A stretch of DNA of 30,994 nucleotides from Cyanophora paradoxa CCMP329 (lineage: Eukaryota > Plantae > Glaucophyta): contig QPMI01000505.1 of the NCBI GenBank assembly GCA_004431415.1, positions 1 to 30,994 of the forward strand, written 5' to 3'. The notes under the pieces are model-generated. The model ran no database searches and was not told where the DNA came from. It saw only the letters and a program-made list of their open reading frames with translations. Numbering within the stretch: the stretch's first letter is position 1; each line of letters starts with the position of its first letter. A program made the translations under genes and the position numbers. Positions 21,201 through 30,994 of the stretch are shown here, in pieces.

Positions 21201-23275
21201 TCTGTTGTGCCTAGATTTAAAGCTTGCTGGCTGAGCCCGAGAGTTGCCTGCATGCGTGGCAGATTGACTTGGGCCTGACCATTCTTAACCTGAGCGTGAA
21301 GTTGAGCTCGACGAAGTACAAGATTTAGATGAAGAATGTCACCTCCAGGAATGCATCAGCAAGAGACTGAGCTCGAGCTGGCTCGCGCTCCATATCTGCC
21401 TCTGCAGGTCGCCAGGCAAGAAGTTGTGTGAGCACCGCTGCAGCTGACCGGATATCGCCATCGACAGGAGCTGCAATGCAGTTAGACCACAACGAAGCGC
21501 CACTTAGCAGTCATTCAAATGCAACTCACAGTAGAAATCAAGCGACTCGCCGCCTGACTGACCAAAGAAGTACAGCTCGATCCATTGGGAGAGGTACAGC
21601 TTCGATTGTACAGCATACGAGCGGCTATCTGCACGAGGCGCTGCGGGTTCCTGGAACTCCAGAGCCAAGATTACCTGCACACAAAGACACAATCAGCAGA
21701 TGCAGCAAGCAGCAAGCATGTCAAACTTGCCAGGTCTATTTCACGCAATCTCCTCTCACGGGCGTAGATCTTGTTCTTGTAGAACCACTTGGCTCGCTCC
21801 TTTAGCCAATCGTGATGCTTGTCTCGCATTTCCTTGTCCACTTCGAATTGCCCGTGCTCGCCTACAGAACCAAGGCCAAGAAATGCGCACTGCATCGGCA
21901 TTCAGTACATTCACACGATGGAAGAACAATAGAAGCTCACATCAATGTCAATGAGTTCCTCGTAATGCGAAGAACTCTTTGTCTCGTCACCGTTGCCGTC
22001 GTTTACATTGCGTGCAGCCTCTTGCTGGCGTGTCGACTCGAGCGCCACCTAAGATCATATTCAGAACAGAATCGCAAGATAAGTTGCAGTAAGAACTGCA
22101 CCGAGCTCAAGAATTGCTTCAGAGCATTGAGCTCGTCCAGGGTCCGGTCCCGGGCCGGTTCGCCGCGAAACCGCACTCGGCAAGACCTAGCCTGAGCTTG
22201 AGCCGCCTGTGCTGTTATCTACACGAGCATGAGCTGACATCATAGGTACTCTGACAAATCCGTGCACCAGATCGAGCCAATCAACACAACTTTGAAATAT
22301 GTCGCCTCGCTGTTCTCCATTCGTTTCCACGAACAAGTCCCGCAGCGCTTGCAAGGCTTGAGGTGGGGGCAAGTTGATGAGAACGCCCTCTACGTAGTGC
22401 AGCATGGGTCCAAAGCTGCACAACATATGAGAGATGCAGCAGTTAGGCCTCCGGGCTCGTGCACCAACATCGTGGCGGCGGTGTACACTGGGTCCGGGGC
22501 CGGGGGAGGGGCAGGGCCGGGGGAGGGCAGGGCCGGGGGAGGGGCAGGGCCGGGGGAGGGCGGGGTCGGGGGGAGATGGAGGGCGGGGCCCGGGGATGGG
22601 CGGGGTCGGGGGAGGGGCGGGGCCGGGGGAGGGGCGGGGTCGGGGGAGATGGAGGGGCGGGGCCCGGGGGATGGGCGGGGTCGGGGGAGGGCGGGGCCGG
22701 GGGAGGGGCGGGCAGTACCCCTCTCCCCGCGTCGCACCGGCCCCCGCCGCGCCGGTCAGCGTGGGGACAAGCTCAAGGCTGGAGCGAGCGCCGCCGCTTG
22801 CCGTGCTGCCCCGAGGCCGCCCCCGAGGCCACCACCCGCCGTGCGGCCCGCCAGAAGGGGATTGGGAGATGAGCTGGAGGTCCACTCCATCTCTTCCTCC
22901 CCAAAGAGAGTGCTCCTGGGGTCGACATGCTGCGGAGTCGGGCATAAGACACCGAAAAGCAGCGATCGCTTGGCCAATGAGAAGGCGGTGGACGTCAAGC
23001 CCGCGGCGACCGTTAGAACTGAGAACCCAGAAGCGATCGCCGGCCCAGCAGCTCTTTGTTAGAGGTCGGACTCGCTGGGTATGGCGCCGAACACAAAGCG
23101 ATCGCCGAGCAATGAGAAGGCTCTATGCGCGGGCAGATCTAGCGATCCAATTGAATAGGGAATCTCTATGCGAGCAAGCTCGCAGCGCTACGGGAGGCGG
23201 GCACGCACTGCAGGCGTTGGCGTTGGCTGGTGCGACGAACTTGAAGCAGCTCCTGTGCAAGCGATCGCCGGTCAG
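18267..23275 (-). mobile_element. Unit 2 of the 5-kb array
   Basis: Near-identical to unit 1. Confidence 0.5.
19050..22945 (-). CDS. Same hypothetical multi-exon gene, copy 2
   Basis: Exon and intron sequences essentially identical to copy 1. Confidence 0.7.
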
Positions 23276-26200
23276 AGAGCCTTCTCATCGCTTCGGCGAC
23301 CGCCAGGCCCTGGTACCGAGTACTCCGGGGCAATCGCTAGCGCGAACCGTCGGACGACGGACGCGGCGCCGGCGATCGCTTAAAAAAGGCCCCGGCCCGA
23401 TCCGAGCCCATGGCCGGCGGGCATAGTGAACATAGTGCCAAAATGTCGCCCCGAAATCACGGTTTTTAGAAGGATCGGAAGAAAGCGCGCCCAAGCAGGA
23501 CCGAGGGGCGGTTCCGGCACGTACCTACTGACTCAGAGCTGCTTGCGCTGGGCCCGCCGGCCGACGCCATGAGACCCGGTTGAGAGCTCGAATCCCTGCG
23601 CGCCGCCTTACAGCGGCCGAGGATGGGGCGAAGGCTGCAGAATTCGATGATGTGCACCTCGGACAAGCGAAAGCGCGTAGCTAGCGCGCCGCCGGCGCCG
23701 CGGGTGAGCCGATGAAGCCAGCGATGTGTACTCCTCGCGTGCGCGGGCGCGGCGACGTCGCCTGCCGGGCGGGCGTGGCGCCGCGGGGCTGAGCACGGCG
23801 CGCGCACGGCAGTGCACATGCGCATCGGGCGGTGTTGACGTTCGCGCGCTGCAGCTGCATGCATGGCGCCGGCCGGGCGCGCGGAAGTTGGTTTTTTTTG
23901 CTATTCGTCCCCCCTGCGCTTCTCCCCCCCTTCATTCCCCCGAAGTTAGCCACCGGTGGCTAACTTGCGATCGAAGGGTACAGGGATCACCCTCCTGAAA
24001 TTGATCTCTTACAAAACCAACGCTGTCGTAGAACCCTACACTATCTGCAAGCGGAATCAGGCAATCTGCAGTCCTACGAAAGCCTTGCACCGCTGCAGGA
24101 GCCCTTTTGCCTGCTCTTCGTTCGCGAAGATGTCAGGATGCCCGCGCGGGGCGCGCGAACCACTCTGTGGAGGCGGCCACAAATGGTGCGCATGCTGTGG
24201 GATCGCGCAGGTGGTGGCCACTACACACCACCCGGCCCAGCGCGGGGAAAACAGGACCTCCAGGACGCGGTCGACCCGGCACTTCGCTTTGAAAGTAGAC
24301 CCAGCGGTCGTGCGCGCGTTCATCTGGTATGCTGGATCAGAGAGCTCGACGATCGCATGCACCACCCCTGCAACCAGTGTCATGATCGGCACGCTGCGCA
24401 ACGACACCGTTACAGATAGAAAAAGGAAAGGAAAGGAAGAGAAAGTAAGAAAGAGAAGGGGGAAGAAAGACAGAATGAAAGAAAAGAAAGGAAAGGACGC
24501 ACGGCCAGTGGTCCCACTCCAGGTTCTTGAAGCTCTTCAGGATGTGCATGATCGCCTCCGGCGTAACGTTCACGTCGTCGAGCCGTCGGACTTCGCATGC
24601 GACGGTGCATGCACCTAGGCCTTGCCGGGCCGTGCACGCCAGGTCTCCGTCGTTGGGTGGGAGTCGGGCAAGAACCTCCACGTATGCGCGCACTGCAGGG
24701 CTCGAGGCTCTCGCCCCGCGCACCGCAGTTGCGATTTCCGCAACGCTGTCGCGCACTGAACGATAGCCGTTCTCCTCCCGCGTCATTGCGGGAAACATGT
24801 GCAGCTTCGCCTTCAGGGTGGTGCTCATCTGGTTAAGGAAGCGGTTCTCGGTGTTCGCGACTCTGCGACGAGAAATCAGAAAAGACCGCTGACAGAGGAC
24901 ATGACGGGCGGGGTACACATACCGTCTGTAGAGCAAGGAGAGGAGGGGTATTGGAATGGGGCGCTCGGCTGTTCCCATCCACACGGCCTTGTTCCGTCGC
25001 GTGTACGGTGGGCGGACGTACAGCTCGACCTCTTGCTCCACCTCCTCCATAATCCCCTGCGCATTTGGCTGCGAATTGCGTGAGCCGCCGCGACGACGAT
25101 GGCGCCAGGAACGTGCTCACCTCCTGTACTTTGTCGACCCTCACCTTGAACGCGGTCGCCCCCAGTTCGTCCACCTCCGGATACTCCTCTCCGGAGCTGT
25201 GGGATCGGTCCCCGCGGTTCAAGAGGCGGTGATTGGGGACGTCCGACTTTGCACCGATCTGCTCCAGCGCCGCTGTGACTTGCTTCAGCGCTGGCATGCT
25301 GTTGTGTGATACACGGCCTGTCCCGTACTTCTCCTGCGTCGAAGTTCAGTTCATGTACGTACCCCCCCCACGCTCCCTTACCCCCCGGGCGCACCACTAT
25401 CTCGGGCTTGGAGCGTATCCTTGTGAAGGCCTCGTTCTCCGGGTCCTCGCGATAGACAGCCGCCGGATTCGCGAGCGCCTCGTGGCACGCCTGCCAAGAG
25501 ACCGAAAGGCAGGCACGGTTCGGTTGTGGGTTAATCGCTAGGGGTATCGAAGATTCTGTACCTTCAGCGGCCTCGGTGCTGGGTGGGGGCTGCTCCGGGT
25601 CCTCCCGGCATCCCGCCTTGCCTCCCACTGAGCTCGGGCCCTCCTTGCATCTCCGTGTTCATCCTCGTCGATTGCCAGTGCGAGATCGACGAGGCCCTTG
25701 AAGATGAGCTGGTTGATGGTTGTTGCCCACCGTCGGAATCGAGCGATGCGGACAAGGCTTGAGAAGAAGATGCCAATGGAGATGCTGCTCGCTGGCCCGG
25801 CAAGCAGGCGCAGGACCTCCATCCCACTCGTGCGGATGCGCTGCAAAGCCTTTTCGTCGATTGGTCTGCCGGCGCCGCTGTTGACGTTCTTGTTTCCTGT
25901 TCCCGACTGGCACTTCTCCACCAGCCTCTTGACTTCTTCGAACTCCGAGAGACCCGCCCGCGCCTTTCTCTTACGCCCCTTCTCTCTTGGCATCTCTTGC
26001 GCCAACATGTCCTCCACAGCCGCTGCCGTAAGCTCGATACATGCATGCAACCTGTGACAGGAAGATCAGATCAGAAACGATGGCGTACCCCCCCCCCCCC
26101 CGCGGCCCCCCGCGCACCAAAGTTGGAGTGACTCGCCTTCGCTTGTCTGCTGTTGCGCTGACTGAAGTAAGCGGATCAGACTTCGGAGCTGCTCCTTTGC

Positions 26201-28283
26201 TTCTTCTGTTGTGCCTAGATTTAAAGCTTGCTGGCTGAGCCCGAGAGTTGCCTGCATGCGTGGCAGATTGACTTGGGCCTGACCATTCTTAACCTGAGCG
26301 TGAAGTTGAGCTCGACGAAGTACAAGATTAGATGAAGAATGTCACCTCCAGGAATGCATCAGCAAGAGACTGAGCTCGAGCTGGCTCGCGCTCCATATCT
26401 GCCTCTGCAGGTCGCCAGGCAAGAAGTTGTGTGAGCACCGCTGCAGCTGACCGGATATCGCCATCGACAGGAGCTGCAATGCAGTTAGACCACAACGAAG
26501 CGCCACTTAGCAGTCATTCAAATGCAACTCACAGTAGAAATCAAGCGACTCGCCGCCTGACTGACCAAAGAAGTACAGCTCGATCCATTGGAGAGGTACA
26601 GCTTCGATTGTACAGCATACGAGCGGCTATCTGCACGAGGCGCTGCGGGTTCCTGGAACTCCAGAGCCAAGATTACCTGCACACAAAGACACAATCAGCA
26701 GATGCAGCAAGCAGCAAGCATGTCAAACTTGCCAGGTCTATTTCACGCAATCTCCTCTCACGGGCGTAGATCTTGTTCTTGTAGAACCACTTGGCTCGCT
26801 CCTTTAGCCAATCGTGATGCTTGTCTCGCATTTCCTTGTCCACTTCGAATTGCCCGTGCTCGCCTACAGAACCAAGGCCAAGAAATGCGCACTGCATCGG
26901 CATTCAGTACATTCACACGATGGAAGAACAATAGAAGCTCACATCAATGTCAATGAGTTCCTCGTAATGCGAAGAACTCTTTGTCTCGTCACCGTTGCCG
27001 TCGTTTACATTGCGTGCAGCCTCTTGCTGGCGTGTCGACTCGAGCGCCACCTAAGATCATATTCAGAACAGAATCGCAAGATAAGTTGCAGTAAGAACTG
27101 CACCGAGCTCAAGAATTGCTTCAGAGCATTGAGCTCGTCCAGGGTCCGGTCCCGGGCCGGTTCGCCGCGAAACCGCACTCGGCAAGACCTAGCCTGAGCT
27201 TGAGCCGCCTGTGCTGTTATCTACACGAGCATGAGCTGACATCATAGGTACTCTGACAAATCCGTGCACCAGATCGAGCCAATCAACACAACTTTGAAAT
27301 ATGTCGCCTCGCTGTTCTCCATTCGTTTCCACGAACAAGTCCCGCAGCGCTTGCAAGGCTTGAGGTGGGGGCAAGTTGATGAGAACGCCCTCTACGTAGT
27401 GCAGCATGGGGTCCAAAGCTGCACAACATATGAGAGATGCAGCAGTTAGGCCTCCGGGCTCGTGCACCAACATCGTGGCGCGGTGTACACTGGGTCGGGG
27501 CCGGGGGGAGGGCAGGGCCGGGGGAGGGCAGGGCCGGGGGAGGGCAGGGCCGGGGGGAGGGGCGGGGTCGGGGGAGATGGAGGGGCGGGGCCCGGGGGAT
27601 GGGCGGGGTCGGGGGGAGGGGCGGGGCCGGGGGGAGGGGCGGGGTCGGGGGGAGATGGAGGGGCGGGGCCCGGGGGATGGGCGGGGTCGGGGGGAGGGGC
27701 GGGGCCGGGGGGAGGGGCGGGCAGTACCCCTCTCCCCCGCGTCGCACCGGCCCCCGCCGCGCCGGTCAGCGTGGGGACAAGCTCAAGGCTGGAGCGAGCG
27801 CCGCCGCTTGCCGTGCTGCCCCCGAGGCCGCCCCCGAGGCCACCACCCGCCGTGCGGCCCGCCAGAAGGGATTGGGAGATGAGCTGGAGGTCCACTCCAT
27901 CTCTTCCTCCCCAAAGAGAGTGCTCCTGGGTCGACATGCTGCGGAGTCGGGCATAAGACACCGAAAAGCAGCGATCGCTTGGCCAATGAGAAGGCGGTGG
28001 ACGTCAAGCCGCGGCGACCGTTAGAACTGAGAACCCAGAAGCGATCGCCGGCCCAGCAGCTCTTTGTTAGAGGTCGGACTCGCTGGGTATGGCGCCGAAC
28101 ACAAAGCGATCGCCGAGCAATGAGAAGGCTCTATGCGCGGGGCAGATCTAGCGATCCAATTGAATAGGGAATCTCTATGCGAGCAAGCTCGCAGCGCTAC
28201 GGGAGGCGGGCACGCACTGCAGGCGTTGGCGTTGGCTGGTGCGACGAACTTGAAGCAGCTCCTGTGCAAGCGATCGCCGTCAG
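23276..28283 (-). mobile_element. Unit 3 of the 5-kb array
   Basis: Near-identical to unit 1. Confidence 0.5.
24057..27954 (-). CDS. Same hypothetical multi-exon gene, copy 3
   Basis: Exon and intron sequences essentially identical to copy 1. Confidence 0.7.
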
Positions 28284-30994
28284 AGAGCCTTCTCATCGCT
28301 TCGGCGACCGCCAGGCCCTGGTACCGAGTACTCCGGGGCAATCGCTAGCGCGAACCGTCGGACGACGGACGCGGCGCCGCGATCGCTTAAAAAAGGCCCC
28401 GCCCGATCCGAGCCCATGGCCGGCGGCATAGTGAACATAGTGCCAAAAGTCGCCCCGAAATCACGGTTTTTAGAAGGATCGGAAGAAAGCGCGCCCAAGC
28501 AGGACCGAGGGCGGTTCCGGCACGTACCTACTGACTCAGAGCTGCTTGCGCTGGCCCGCCGGCCGACGCCATGAGACCCGGTTGAGAGCTCGAATCCTGC
28601 GCGCCGCCTTACACGGCCGAGGATGGGGCGAAGGCTGCAGAATTCGATGATGTGCACCTCGGACAAGCGAAAAGCGCGTAGCTAGCGCGCCGCCGGCGCC
28701 GCGGGTGAGCCGATGAAGCCAGCGATGTGTACTCCTCGCGTGCGCGGGCGCGGCGACGTCGCCTGCCGGGCGGCGTGGCGCCGCGGGGCTGAGCACGGCG
28801 CGCGCACGGCAGTGCACATGCGCATCGGGCGGTGTTGACGTTCGCGCGCTGCAGCTGCATGCATGGCGCCGGCCGGGGCGCGCGGAAGTTGGTTTTTTTG
28901 CTATTCGTCCCCCCTGCGCTTCTCCCCCCCTTCATTCCCCCGAAGTTAGCCACCGGTGGCTAACTTGCGATCGAAGGGTACAGGGATCACCCTCCTGAAA
29001 TTGATCTCTTACAAAACAACGCTGTCGTAGAACCCTACACTATCTTGCAAGCGGAATCAGGCAATCTGCAGTCCTACGAAAGCCTTGCACCGCTGCAGGA
29101 GCCCTTTTGCCTGCTCTTCGTCGCGAAGATGTCAGGATGCCCCGCGCGGGGCGCGCGGAACCACTCTGTGGAGGCGGCCACAAATGGTGCGCATGCTGTG
29201 GATCGCGCAGGTGGTGGCCACTACACACCACCCGGCCCCAGCGCGGGGAAAACAGACCTCCAGGACGCGGTCGACCCGGCACTTCGCTTTGAAAGTAGAC
29301 CCAGCGGTCGTGCGCGCGTTCATCTGGTATGCTGGATCAGAGAGCTCGACGATCGCATGCACCACCCTGCAACCAGTGTCATGATCGGCACGCTGCGCAA
29401 CGACACCGTTACAGATAGAAAAGGAAAGGAAGGAAGAAAAGTAAGAAGAGAGGGGGAAAGACAGAATGAAAGAAAGAAAGGAAAGGACGCACGGCCAGTG
29501 GTCCACTCCAGGTTCTTGAAGCTCTTCAGATGTGCATGATCGCTCCGGCGTAACGTTCACGTCGTCGAGCCGTCGGACTTCGCATGCCGACGGTGCATGC
29601 ACTAGGCCTTGCCGGCCGTGCACGCCAGGTCTCCGTCGTTGGTGGGAGTCGGGCAAGAACCTCACGTATGCGCGCACTGCAGGGCTCGAGCTTCGCCCGC
29701 GCACCGCAGTTTGCGATTTCCGCAACGCTGTCGCGCACTGAACGATAGCCTTCTCCTCCCGCGTCATTGCGGAAACATGTGCAGCTTCGCCTTCAGGGTG
29801 GTGCTCATCTGGTTAAGGAAGCGGTTCTCGTGTTCGCGACTCTGCGACGAGATCAGAAAAGACCGCTGACAGAGGACATGACGGGCGGGGGTACACATAC
29901 CGTCTGTAGAGCAAGGAGAGGAGGGGTATTGGAATGGGGCGCTCGGCTGTTCCCATCCACACGGCCTTGTTCCGTCGCGTGTACGGTGGGCGGACGTACA
30001 GCACCTCTTGCTCCACCTCCTCCATAATCCCCTGCGCATTTGGCTGCGAATTGCGTGAGCCGCCGCGACGACGATGGGCCAGGAACGTGCTCACCTCCTG
30101 TACTTTGTCGACCTCACCTTGAACGCGGTCGCCCCCAGTTCGTCCACCTCCGGATACTCCTCTCCGGAGCTGTGGGATCGTCCCCGCGGTTCAAAGAGCG
30201 GTGATTGGGGACGTCCGACTTTGCACCGATCTGCTCCAGCGCCGCTGTGACTGCTTCAGCGCTGGCATGCTGTTGTGTGATACACGGCCTGTCCCGTACT
30301 TCTCCTGCGTCGAAGTTCAGTTCATGTACGTACCCCCCCCACGCTCCCTTACCCCCCGGGCGCACCACTATCTCGGGCTTGGAGCGTATCCTTGTGAAGG
30401 CCTCGTTCTCCGGGTCCTCGCGATAGACAGCCGCCGGATTCGCGAGCGCCTCGTGGCACGCCTGCCAAGAGACCGAAAGGCAGGCACGGTTCGGTTGTGG
30501 GTTAATCGCTAGGGGGTATCGAAGATTCTGTACCTTCAGCGGCCTCGGTGCTGGGTGGGGGCTGCTCCGGGGTCCTCCCCGGCATCCCGCCTTGCCTCCC
30601 ACTGAGCTCGGGCCCTCCTTGCATCTCCGTGTTCATCCTCGTCGATTGCCAGTGCGAGATCGACGAGGCCCTTGAAGATGAGCTGGTTGATGGTTGTTGC
30701 CCACCGTCGGAATCGAGCGATGCGGACAAGGCTTGAGAAGAAGATGCCAATGGAGATGCTGCTCGCTGGCCCGGCAAGCAGGCGCAGGACCTCCATCCCA
30801 CTCGTGCGGATGCGCTGCAAAGCCTTTTCGTCGATTGGTCTGCCGGCGCCGCTGTTGACGTTCTTGTTTCCTGTTCCCGACTGGCACTTCTCCACCAGCC
30901 TCTTGACTTCTTCGAACTCCGAGAGACCCGCCCGCGCCTTTCTCTTACGCCCCTTCTCTCTTGGCATCTCTTGCGCCAACATGTCCTCCACAGC
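28284..30994 (-). mobile_element. Unit 4 of the 5-kb array (truncated by the window, many indels)
   Basis: Matches roughly the first 2.7 kb of unit 1 with many single-base deletions. Confidence 0.45.
29057..30994 (-). CDS. Same hypothetical gene, copy 4 (3' half only in the window)
   Basis: Matches the 3' exons of copy 1. Many indels, probably consensus errors. Confidence 0.55.

Larger units (their letters stand above)
13267..30994. repeat. Head-to-tail tandem array of a ~5.0-kb unit (3 full copies plus a partial 4th running off the window)
   Basis: AGAGCCTTCTCATCGCTTCGGCG recurs at 13267, 18267, 23276 and 28284 (periods 5000, 5009, 5008), and the ORF track repeats accordingly. Differences are almost all homopolymer-length indels. 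Confidence 0.98.

Noticed and set aside
28284-30994. Copy 4 as a decayed pseudogene
   Set aside because: Differences are almost all single-base indels that rise toward the sequence end, typical of low-coverage long-read consensus.

Overview
Eukaryotic nuclear DNA from a very GC-rich, intron-dense protist or alga; the organism is not identified. The first ~11.4 kb holds four multi-exon host genes that can be spliced by hand: a Yvc1/TRPY1-like TRP channel (-), WDR82/Swd2 (-), a divergently transcribed AlkA/Mag1-type DNA-3-methyladenine glycosylase (+) and an RWP-RK transcription factor (-). Their introns are 48-122 nt with GTGCGC-type donors and many GC-AG junctions, and several have self-complementary C-rich/G-rich ends. 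One 5-nt micro-exon is inferred. An AT-richer, palindrome-dense spacer follows, with a ~320-bp MITE-like element. From 13267 to the window end lies a head-to-tail array of 3.5 near-identical ~5.0-kb units. Each unit carries one intron-rich gene for a ~1000-aa protein with no domain I can recognise. Each also has a 14-bp asymmetric inverted repeat, AAGCGATCGCC motifs arranged around the unit junction, and a perfect 24-bp palindrome. This unit is the best candidate for an undescribed mobile or amplifying element. Homopolymer indels, increasing toward the right end, suggest long-read consensus errors.
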